64,000 nucleotides of DNA from Dicyema japonicum. Its lineage: Eukaryota; Animalia; Dicyemida. A program made the position numbers and the translations under genes. Below, one piece after another: positions 1 through 10,700 of the stretch (its first letter is position 1; each line of letters starts with the position of its first letter). The DNA lies in assembly GCA_011109175.1 (NCBI GenBank), contig RDEW01000038.1, forward strand, positions 301,380-365,379, read 5' to 3'. A model generated the notes under the pieces. That model saw only the letters and a list, made by a program, of their open reading frames with translations. It was not told where the DNA came from and did not search any database.

Positions 1-54
1 GCATGTTCACTAGAGAGGGTTAACTCGCGCTCCTGTTGAGGCATATACATTTAT

Positions 55-1870
55 AATTTATTTTATTAACCCCCAAATCACGAAAAAGAAATTAAAAGTT
101 ATTGTCTAATTAAGTGATCCTGGTGTATATACCAGTCATTTTACTGCAGTTAGTTTCGGAGTCTGGATTAATCTCCACAACGGGAAAGGTTTCTTCTCAC
201 ATCTCGGGCAGGCGTCCATATATAATTTGATGTCCGGCCCGAGGGGATGGTCAGGGGACTTTGCCATTTTGAGGAAGTCTCGGTGACGTTTTGTGATTAG
301 GGGGAGGTTTAGTGTTCTCCGTAGTAACGAAGTGGATGTCTTTTTCGACGATCTCATTAGTATTCTGAAACATCGGTTTTGTAAAACTTGATCTGTGCCG
401 ATAGTGATGACGGGAAAATCCATGCAGCACAGGCGTACTTGATACTCGGTAGAACAAATTGTTTTATAGAAGTTCTAACGATGGCCTGGAAGATATTGGG
501 GAGTGAGTGAAAGACCTTTAAAATTTCAATTTTTTTTTGGATCCTCGCGGTTACTAGGTCCATTTGATGATTGAATGTGAGGAGAGAATCCAAGATGACT
601 TCAAAGATTGAAAGGGTCTTATTAATGAGAAGCGGAGATTCGTACAAATTTATTCGAGGTATTGTTCGTATTTCTTTTCGTGAGAAATAAACGTCATTAC
701 ATGTGACTTTCCTGGTGATATATTCAGACGGTTCTTCAGGAATCAAAGACTCATCAGGTTTAGTAGATCTTACACGGACCGTGTTGCCTCCTCGATTCTT
801 CGATATTTCACTGCGACTACGAAATCATCCACATAAGATAAAAGAATTATGTTTTTAATAATTGAATATGGGATGTCATTTAAAAACATGTTGAAGAACA
901 TTGGTGATGTAAAACTCCATTTGGAAGGTATCGCAGTTTTGATTTTTGGTTGTTTGCCACCACTTGGCCCATTGAAGTTAGCAAACAATGACTTGAATTT
1001 AGAATGAATCGACGTCATAAAAATTTTTGCTGTAAGGCTTTTCCAGGATACTGAGTCAAAAGTCTTCTCTACATCAACTGAGACCAGTACGGTTTTTGTG
1101 TGGATTTGGGGAATTCAGGCCGTCTAAAATGAATTGAACCAGTTTTTTAAGATGTTGTCCTTCGCGGAATCCGTATAGAAAAAGATGGTAGAGTTATGAA
1201 AGGACGGATCTTGAGAAAGACCAGTTTTTCTAACACTCGTGATAAGGCGCAGATGATAGATACCGGGCAGTTTGGTGGTTTGTTTTTTTTCAGAAGAGGG
1301 TGTATCAGAGATTTCTTCTATATTGAAGGGGAATCTTGTTCTCGTTTATAGAGGTTGAAAATTTGTGTTATTCCGGCCGTCACGAAAGGACCCAGGTGTT
1401 TAAATTCTAGAATGGAGATGTCATCTGAACCTGGGGACTATGAGTTATTCATTTTCCTGATTACTGAGTGCACCATTGAAGGGTCGAAGAAAGTCACGTT
1501 GGGACATTTATTCCTTCGACCATGGCCTGAACGAACATCCAGGTTTTTTGAATATGGTTTATGACTAATATTCACATAGTACTTCATAATGTCATTGGGA
1601 GTTGGTCATGGCTCTCGATCTCCAATTAAATGCAGAGAGCACTTTTTGGACCTACTTATCGATTTCCATAATACAGTTGAAAAAGTATTATTCGTAGTTT
1701 TTCAGAGCAAGGCTTCCCAACGTTCTTTGTTGTTTTTTGTGATGTTCCGTATGATTTCTTTATTCAGTTTTGATATCTTTTCAGTTACGTCAACTGATTA
1801 TCTTTCGGAATTCTTCAACTTATTGGATTTATTTTTGATTTTAATAACTCAAACAATTCTCAATAATATT
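55..1870 (-). mobile_element. Decayed 5'-truncated non-LTR retrotransposon (Ingi/Vingi-like, I group), RT and C-terminus
   Basis: Frameshifted RT motifs: PVSIICALSRVLEKL (~1250), KTVLVSVDVEKTFDSVSW (~1050), SPMFFNMFLND...YVDD (ORF 770..1018). The 3' end has GGATCAC-TTAA, a short UTR and an AT-rich tail near 55-125. Confidence 0.85.
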
Positions 1871-2938
1871 CAGGTCTGGAGATTTTCTAAAACTGTGATC
1901 TCCTTGTTTTGAAGATTTTCTTTTGTAGACTTTGAAGTTTGTGAAGGAGCACCATCTTGTTGTAAAAAGTATTCTTTTTGATAAATTTCAACAAATCCTT
2001 CAGAAAGAATTCGTTGATATTCAGCAGAATTAACATTTCCAGTGCATAAAACTAGCACTCGTTTTCCATCATTTCTAATTGCACCCCATACCATAATAGA
2101 GGGTGAATATTTAATTGTCCCAGTTGTATACTTTGTTTCAAATTGAGATCCTGGAGGTCTTCTAACATGTTCTCTCGATTCGAGACTCAATGAAATCCGA
2201 CACTTATTGCCTAAAATTACATTTTTCAATTCAAAGTGTATATAGTTTTACATCACAATTTTCTTTTTGTTTTTTGAGGCTCAGTAAGCAACGGTTTTTT
2301 AACCGCTGCTCGTCCGAAAAGATTATTTTGACGAAATATTCCTTCTACAGTATCATTACTGACAAGATGAGAAACATCACAGTCTGTTCGAATCTGATTA
2401 TATGCTTTTTGTGGGATTGTACACAGAATTTCGGACGAGAATTCTTTCATACAAAATTTTTTTCCGGCCAGATTTAGGTCTATCATTGCACCCATGTCTT
2501 TCAATATAGCGCTTGTAGATTTCACGAACTGTACTTCTAGCATTTCCGAGAGTGCTAGCAACTTTAGAAATCGAAGTCTTAATTTTCAATAAAGAATATG
2601 ATTTTATAACGATTTTCAACTGAAACACGTGGAATTTAACGTTTTTAAAATTAATTGTACATTTAAAGAATTTAAAAATAAAATAATTAATACTTGACTT
2701 CAAATATATCTAATTCCTTTAGGTAACATATGCGCGGCTTAATTTTCATTAAAAAAATAAAAAGTGGATAAATGCCATTTTTAAGGGATGAAATAAAAAA
2801 ATAAAAAATTTATTAGTTTGGCTAAAATTTAAAAAGCATATTTGCTTTTTAAAATAATAAAAATTATCAAATAAAAGTAACATTTTTGCTTATCTTATGA
2901 CTTACTTGATTCTGGCGGTAACATTTGCACGGGGCTGT
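1871..2938 (-). mobile_element. Tc1/mariner transposon, defective, one end missing
   Basis: ORFs 2398..2703 and 2253..2561 give the HTH region. ORF 1870..2229 gives the DDE region (IMVWGAI...FLQQDGAPSQT). One TA-flanked Tc1-like end, TACAGCCCCGTGCAAA, is at ~2922-2938. Confidence 0.85.
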
Positions 2939-3449
2939 ATTGGTAGAATTTCTTATCCCAATGAAATATTTTTAATATCTTGTCGTCCATTGTCTTCTGC
3001 GGCTAACTCGTCGATTGTCTGTCAGATACAATGTGCTAAGGGATTTTGCGATAGATCGCAATAATTTTGCTTTTAAGCAACTGTGTATTTCAATACTTCA
3101 CTTTAGCATTTAGCCACTATTGGGCTTATCTACTTTATTTTGTTTTTTTTGAAGCCAAATTTAGAGATTGTTAATGATTTCAAGACCAGGGTTCTGATGA
3201 CATAGGACAATAACTAATAAATGTTTTGGCGAACTTAACAAATTTCCAAAATTGGACCATTTACTAAATGAAGATTACATTAAAAATAATTACTAATTCA
3301 TTCTTTGACCAAATAAATAGCAGCTTGGGAATCCAATAGGACGGCACTAACTACTGGCCTTCTTTTTATCCTGTTAGTCGCACAATAGGATCATTGCGAA
3401 TACCATAAGCTTTCGAATTTTGTATATTACAAGTTTAAGAGAGATATTT

Positions 3450-5157
3450 TGTCACATGGGCCAAGCGTTACCTATGGGCAGCCTGTTACATTAACCTTGA
3501 ACCAAGATTAACTTCAATTAATTTTATAAATGATTTATTAACCACAAAAAATTAAATTTAAGTAACTTTTTTTAGTCTACTCATTAATACAGTCGATATT
3601 TCTCCTTTCGAATTTTTTATCTATCAAATCAAACTATTTAAAACTACCTCCACGCGATTATTCGATAAAATATTAATTATTTCTGCAACTGGATAATACT
3701 GAGACTCAAACTTATCCAGTCGCAATGAGGGATTTGTTCCAAAGTCCTTTTTAGCCCGAACCTATTTATTAATGTTTTTATTCATACTTTATCTCCCATG
3801 TTAAAAGTATATTTACTATTATGAACATTCATTTTCCTGATCATAGCTTTGTAATAATTATAATTTTCTTCAATCGATTTAATTTCGAAATTGAATCTCT
3901 TCGCATTCGGACACAAATTATCTGACTGGGAATTATCTAGATATAAATTTTTTAAATCAAACTACGTGAATTTTCAATAGATTCTGGAGTCGAACAATTA
4001 ACCAAATCGTCAATTTGTTCTGGAATCGCACACTTATCACTTAAATTATCTAAGTCATAATGTTAAGTATAACCATTAATTATTGAATTTATTCCCTTAA
4101 TTCCTCGATATCTTTCAAAAGGACTTTCGTTAGAAAATGAATGGACCGATATGTTGTAACTGTAGACAGCACTTTCTAATTTATCAAGCCACTTTTTTTC
4201 ACTGTTATCCAGCATTTTTGACAACTTCCTCGTGATCGTCTGATTTTTTCGACAATTCCTTGTGCTCGTGGATTGTTAGGCCTTCCGTGAATTTGCTTAA
4301 TGTTAAAATCTCCGCAAAGTTTTGTTATTTCTTGATTTTTAAATTCAGAACCATTGTCCGACTGAAGAAATTTACATGGCCCATTCAGGCGGAACAAAGA
4401 TCTTAAGTTTTCACATACTTCTTTACCAGCGAAAATTTGCAGACTTCACAATTTCGAATGACTTTTCTGATAATCTCATTCTTTACAGTGAAGTATCTGT
4501 GTCGACATTCATACTCAATTTTATTGACTCCTCCGTGTGAAAACTTGTGCAACGATTTCGCAACATGCTCCATTTCGGTTTCATTATCCAGGGATATGAC
4601 TAACTTGGGATCAGTTGATTTAAGATAGTCTAAAATTATTGAAAATTTACAATACCTGTCATTGATAATAGAAAAATTCTCTATCTTCTTTACAAGCCTA
4701 TATTTTCGGTGCTCGGAAGATTTTCGGGAAATTTATAATGCAAAGCATCTTTTAAAGTTTGATATTCAACACAATCTTTCACAAAACCCTTGTAAGAAGC
4801 CATTGCAACAAAATAATCTTCCATGCTATGAATCACGCTAGAAATCTAGGTTTATTGCTATAAAAAAATAAAATCTTTATAATCATAACATTTATGAATA
4901 AAAAACTAATTTAACAGAATTAAGTCACGATATAAATCGGATATATAAAATTAAATGTCGGATAATCTAATGAGGACTCATCCTTACCTTTGTCGGTCTG
5001 GGATCACTTAGTTAGATGAGAATTTTTATTTCTTTCTTTTTGACCCAGTGATCCTGGGGGTAATAATAATAATAATAATGTCGGATAATCAAAAGACCTT
5101 TTCAAGGTCGAAAAAATGTAACAGGCTGCCCATGCGTTACGCGCCGCCCATGTGACA
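3450..5157 (-). mobile_element. Ginger-like (retroviral-type integrase) DNA transposon, family 1, internally deleted
   Basis: 41-bp imperfect TIRs (TGTCACATGGGC...GGGCAGCCTGTTACA) and a perfect 5-bp TSD, TATTT (3445-3449 and 5158-5162). HHCC domain (LHKFSHGG...NCEVC), LQSDNGSEF...HGRPNNPRAQGIVE (ORF 4176..4397) and C-terminal VRAKKDFGTNPSL. Confidence 0.9.
4968..5076 (+). mobile_element. 109-bp 5'-truncated LINE 3' stub with (TAA)n tail
   Basis: Flanked by a 14-bp TSD, AATGTCGGATAATC (4954-4967 and 5077-5090). Contains GGGATCACTTAG...AGTGATCCTGGGGG followed by (TAA)n. Confidence 0.9.
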
Positions 5158-6249
5158 TATTTGGTTTAACAAAGTTGCTATTTTGACAATCATAGAATCA
5201 TTAACTATCACTATACACGTGGGTACTTTGTGCAATCAGGTACATCACCAGTAAGCTAACCTATCGGTTGATAATATTATATTGACAAGTTTATAAAAAC
5301 AAAATTTAAATCACAGAAACAAATATCAAACCTCATCTTCTTCAATGCCAACATCCTCCTAAAATAAACTAATTATTGTAACCCTAAACTGTTTCCTTGA
5401 TGAGCAATCTGGACAATTATCAGCAATACAATCGACAATTTCATTGCACTTTACGTTACACTAAACCTTACCAATTTCCTCCGTTCCTTCAACAGTCGTA
5501 AAATCATCATCTTTTCTCCCACAAGCTAAAACTCAATTTAACACAGACTCTGTCTTTCTCATTCTTGTCTACCAAAACTCGATTTTCACGCAGACCTTCC
5601 AACCTCTCGTTATACTTCAGACGCTGGGATCTCTACAAACTAATAAACCTTATCATTCAAAAAGAAAATAGTTTCCTTTAAAGATTCCGTAGACAATGAA
5701 GAATTCAAAACAGCCACTTCTGCTGTTATAAAAGTATTAAGACCAGTTTCCTGATCGGTAGTAGACTTTTTAAGTGAGTCCAGTTTATAGCTGAGATTAT
5801 CGAAGTCTTCTTGTGTTGGTTTATCCTCAGATTCATCGTAGGTAGGCAAATTATTCTAAAGTCTTAATGATGATTACTTGGTTTATGGAATAAATCTTCT
5901 GTTTACCATAAACCTTCTCTATTAGCTTAGAAGAAGCTGAAAGATCAGTTAGAACCTTGGTCACGACCTAAGATTTTGATAGTTTAAATACAGCTTTACT
6001 GTAGTCATTGTGGAGATTTCTCTGTATGTCATTAACACAATATGGTCTGTTTTTTTCGATCATGTAATTTAAAATTCTATTTTCAGCCTCTTTGTCTAAA
6101 TCTCAGTGTTATTAACCAGAAAATTCACCTATTTTATTCATAACACGAAAGCTAGAAAAGACCGCCTTTATAATTATTTTATCCCATTAAATAATTTATA
6201 TTTAATTTTTAAAATTATTGATCGACTTGGAATTTAAAAACTCATGTAA

Positions 6250-6345
6250 TCACGTGCAGTGTAATATGTTTCGGACCAAAATCCAGGTGGTTCCTGGTTC
6301 GAAGCTCGCTGTTGTTCATTTGGTTGAAGGTTCCACGCTTCTACA
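6250..6345 (+). mobile_element. tRNA-derived SINE fragment, related to 9631-9946
   Basis: B-box-like GGTTCGAAGC, followed by ~40 nt (CTCGCTGTTGTTCATTTGGTTGAAGGTTCCACGCTTCTAC) that aligns with the core of the SINE at ~9678. Confidence 0.6.
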
Positions 6346-6387
6346 AAGTCTTTTCATCTCTACAGAGCCTGATTTTCGTCTGGGATT

Positions 6388-9189
6388 ATTATTATTATAA
6401 CCCCGGGAACACAGGAAAGAAAAAAAAGTTATCGTCTAATTAAGTGATCACGGTGTCAGTGCGTCCTCCTTTGTTTCGACTTTGTCTGCAATTTTTTATG
6501 ATCGTCCAAAAGGGGGAAGGTTTGATCTCAAATTTGCGAGCATACTTCTGGTAGGCGAGAAACTTATCTTCAAGGGGGTTACCGGAAGAACGCACCATTT
6601 TCAAAAAATTTTGTTGTTCGTCACCGAGATGTTCCATAACTTTTTTGAGATCTAATGTGTTCCTAATTTTTGACGTATTCTGTCACATTTAAGAAGGATC
6701 CGGATTCATTGTTTTGCATGACCTGTAATTTGTTCTGCGTGGATATTGACAATGGTGTAACTCACGCCGTACATGCATGTTCCATTGTCGGTAGAATATA
6801 CTGTTTGTATAATATTTTGAGATGAGAGAGTGAAGATATTGGAGATCTAGCAAAGGTCTTGAGGATCCCCATCTTTTTTTGAACTCTTAAAATTATTGTG
6901 TCCACATGATGTGTGAACGTCATCAACGGGTCATATATAACTCAAAGGATTGATGGGTTTTTATTAACTTTTTTGAGGAACCATGAGTTCGTAATGTCGA
7001 GGGTCTCCTGAACCTTTCGTGTAGCTTCTTTATGGTCTTGGTGTCTTGCTGCGACAATAAGATTGTCGGCATAAGACAGAAAAATGGTATTTTGGATGTT
7101 TGGATTTGGAAGGTCTCTTGTAAATAAATTGAACAAGGTTGGTGATATAGGGGATCCTTGAGGGACCTCGTTGGAGAGGTATCGTTGTCTTGATTTTCTA
7201 TTATTCATGACAACTTGGCATCTTCTGCCATTGATGAAATTGGCCAGCCACATTTTGATTTTCTGATGGATATCGGTGTCAAAATTTTTTGTTGTTAGAG
7301 TCTTCCTGGGTACCGAATCAAACGCCTTCTCGATATCCAGAGCGACAAGTACCGTTCTTTTATGTGGTTTTGAGTAGTTCAGTCCATCCGAGATGAACCG
7401 AGTTAGTTTTGTTAGATGTGTTGAAGTTGAGTATCCCGATCTGAAGCCATGTTGGAAACTTGCAAGATCAAGCGAATGAGTAATCTTGTGGAGGATTAAT
7501 TTTTCCAATGTTCTTGAAAGGCCACAAAGAATCGATATTGGACGATAACTTCGGGGGTCGTCTAAGGCTTTGTTCTTTTTAGGTGTTGAATGTATAAGTG
7601 ATTTTTTCCATAATGAGGGAATCTCATTTCTATTCACTGAGTAATTGAAAATCTCAGTAAGGACTTCGATTGCTATTGGCCCCAAGTGTTTCAATTCAGT
7701 TATTGAAATGTGATCCGCCCCTTTGAATTTTGTATTTTTCATTTATTTAATTGCATGAAATACCTCCAGTGGTTTGAAAAAATTCGATGTATGGATATTT
7801 TTTCTTGTGTTTCGGTTGATGATCAAGTTCCAAATATGGTTTTTGGCTTAAACTGACATAAAATTTCATAAATGTGTCAGGATTAATTCCTAGTGTATGT
7901 TGTATGGGAATCTGTTTGAGTTTCCGTAGTGTTCTCCATAAGGATGATGTCTTTGTGTGTCTATTTACAGACATCAAAGCAGCCTCCCATTTTTTTTGAT
8001 TTATTTCTGATCCTTTTAGGTAATTTCCTTATTCAGATCTTTAATTTCAGTATTCAAGGATGTTGTTTTATCTATAGTTTTCTTTAGTTTATTTTTGCAA
8101 TAAGGACCCTCGTTTCTGTGTCGAATTTATCTGAAAAAGTTTTGAATCGCCCAATTGGAATAAACTTTTTTTTCGGGCTTGCAAAATCTTTTCATTAATA
8201 AATCCAACGACCGCATCTATCGAGGAAAAGTTCTCTATTCGAAAAGAGGATAGGGAGTCTTCAATAAAAATCATGTACTCAAGCCAATTCGCACGTGAGA
8301 AGATGATGAAAGTATTGCGAGTTCCATTAATCTTGTGTTTTCCCAGGATTTTCAATATTATTGGATTGTGATCTGTGTGCAAATCGTAGATAACGTCCCA
8401 TGTAAACGTCGAAGCAATTGATGGGGCGGCAAGAGTCAGATCTGGTGAGGTTGAAGAGTCACCATTTCTTGAAGGAGTTTTTGTGTGTTTATTCCTGTTG
8501 TTAAGGACTACCAAGTCGTCAATGTTGTCTAATATAATAGATTCTCTTTGGTCCAATAGTTTATTTGTGTACCTAATTGGGCTCTTCGGGTTCATATTTC
8601 TACAAATTATAACTTTTTCCAATCTTGTGAACTGTTTAAGCTTAGGACAATAGCCTTTATAGAAGAAATTGGAGGGATATACACATTTGCTATAGTCATT
8701 CGGAGTGAGTGTAACTTTATTCTCACTGTGAGTTGTTCTAATGGATCTTCAGTGTCCATAAAGCTTGATGTGTAATTTGAAAAGTCCACAACATTAATCT
8801 GATTATGGACAATGGTATGTAAGTCTCCACTTTTTCCAAATTTTCGGTTCGTCCGGAGCACGTAATATTCAGGAAACGTTGGAGTTGAATCTTTATGAGT
8901 AAGCTTTGACTCTTGAATTAAAGCGATATACACCGAGCTGGACTGGAAAAATCGTAAGTTCAATAATCTTTGTTCGAATTCCATTTATGTTGATTTGGGC
9001 AATAATCAATGGCGGTCCTGGATTCGGTTTGACATCGCCGGAAATAAGTAGTAATGCACGACACCATCCACGTCTCAATGAAGAAGGGATAGGGATTTTG
9101 CGGCTCTTTTGTCACATAAATTGTGCAATGCCACCACATCGTAGGTGAGCCACGCGACATTTTTTTTAAATTCTCCGGAGTTATCGTCT
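6388..9189 (-). mobile_element. TSD-bounded ORF1-less APE-RT LINE (Ingi/Vingi-like), frameshifted
   Basis: 9-bp TSD TCTGGGATT (6379-6387 and 9190-9198) and a (TAA)n tail. APE in ORFs 8607..8984 and 8089..8622; RT in ORF 6942..7742 (YRPISIL, QHGFR, DIEKAFDSV, PQGSPISP, YADN). No ORF1 or RNase H seen. Confidence 0.9.
9015..9060 (-). other. Degenerate 2A-like (StopGo) motif upstream of the APE domain
   Basis: RALLLISGDVKPNPGP; the consensus D(V/I)ExNPGP Glu is replaced by Lys (AAA, one transition from GAA). Confidence 0.7.
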
Positions 9190-9458
9190 TCTGGGATTCA
9201 CACAAATAATAACACAGGGGAAAAAAGAAAAGAATTACAAGTCAAGAACATTTTAATGTTTTGGATTAATTATCATGATTTTTCTTGTTTCTTAAATAAA
9301 TTGTTCGTTTTTCCTATGCTGAGGTTTATGTAATGGAAACATATATTCAGGAGAGTGAATCCAGAATGAGGCAATGAGTCTTCGAAATAAAACTCTTGAT
9401 TGGAGTTTATGCTAATTGAAGTTTCAAAAATACAGATTTGTCATAAATCAACGTATTA

Positions 9459-10700
9459 TGTCTCACGTATTGTGAGCAACCATGCACAACGCGCACAAAT
9501 CATGTGTCAATCAATGTCATTTGTCAAAATCATGTCAAACAATATCACGATTAATTACTGAATTAAGATAATCTAGAGATAATTTATTACATCAAAATTA
9601 ATTATATTTTCTTGACCATGTGCATTGGAAAGTGGCCAGGTGTCGGGCTAAAGTGATTTAGGCTACGGGTTCGATTCTCGCTGCTGTTCGCCTGGTAAAA
9701 GGTTCTACGCATCTACGATGCTAAAAGGGATTGACGAGTGCCGCCGTCATCAGTGGATTCTCATTGCGGAACTGGATTGTCTAGAAAGGACCCACACATA
9801 AGAGAAAAGAAATAAAAGAAGTGAAGAGCATTCCTCGGTTCTACGATTAGTTAAAATTAACTGTTCTTTACTTAAATAAAGTGTGTGTCCTGCCTATGCG
9901 GAGCTATAAATATTATGGCTCACGTGAAAAGGTTGTTATTATTATTATGTGCATTGGAATAATTTTTTTCACAAGTTGATAAACAAACCTAAAAATAATT
10001 TTTTACATTCTAACCTCTACACGATTGTTTGATATAATCTTTTAAAACTCGAACCTACATTTAATTACTTAATAAAAACTTGATCCCTTATAGAAAACGT
10101 GTATTTACCATGATGAACATTTATCTTTTTGTTCATCCTCTTAAAATAAGGTGAATTCAAATTTGGTTTTATGAACTAAAGTTGAAAGTTTTCTAATTTT
10201 AAAATCATTTTTTGTAACCCATTTCACAAGCAGACTTTGTAGCTTCGTTATTTGTTTTTTCTAATGACTCATCATACAGAACGACATCAGTATTTACTGT
10301 CTCATCGCAAATATCATTTTCCAAATCTATGCCAAAATTTTAAAAATTAAACAACCATCATTTAGTGTAACAATATTAAGACCAGGAATGGCTTTATACA
10401 TCTCAAAACATGTTTTTTCCGTTCGACGAATGTACATTTATGTTATACATATAAGTGGCACTAGGTAACATTTGAATCCAAGTTTTTTGTAGTGTTTTTG
10501 CCATCATTTTTGACAGAATCCGTGTGATGGTTTGATTGAATCGATCTATGATACCTTAAAAATATGTACAAACAACTGAATATCTTGAGAACGAGGATTG
10601 TTTGGTCTTTCGTGAACTTTTATAATAATAAATTAAGTAGTAAGCGCCCGAATATCAGAATTTTTAAAATATGTACCATTGTCTGATTGTAAAATCATTA
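9459..10700 (-). mobile_element. Ginger-like integrase transposon, family 2, 3' part only
   Basis: The terminus TGTCTCACG directly follows TATTA (9454-9458). Integrase remnants are LQSDNGTYFKN (~10650-10690) and DRFNQTITRILSKMM...YN (~10450-10550). The N-terminal part is cut off by the LINE at 10700. Confidence 0.7.
9631..9946 (+). mobile_element. tRNA-derived SINE, complete, with TSD
   Basis: 13-bp TSD ATGTGCATTGGAA (9618-9630 and 9947-9959). A-box-like TGGCCAGGTG, B-box GGTTCGATTC and a (TTA)n tail. Confidence 0.8.

Larger units (their letters stand above)
2945..5900 (-). mobile_element. Very old CR1/L2-like LINE remnant, interrupted by the Ginger-like element at 3450-5157
   Basis: A degenerate RPIS-like RT motif lies near 3330-3370. 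A coiled-coil ORF1-like segment is in ORF 5640..5849. The sequence is heavily stop-ridden. Confidence 0.4.

Noticed and set aside
3450-5157. Polinton/Maverick or LTR retrotransposon origin of the integrase fragments
   Set aside because: No DNA polymerase B, ATPase, capsid, RT, gag or LTRs. Short TIRs with 5-bp TSDs bound the integrase directly.
9085-9160. HDV-like ribozyme at the 5' end of the TSD-bounded LINE (GTGGCTC/GAGCCGC could form P1)
   Set aside because: No P3/L3 (UUCCUCG-like), P1.1 GG or J4/2 could be placed. A 7-bp pairing alone is near chance level. A covariance-model search would settle it.
9631-9700. Functional tRNA gene
   Set aside because: No complete cloverleaf or poly(T) terminator. 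It is embedded in a TSD-flanked unit with a tail, so it is called a SINE head.
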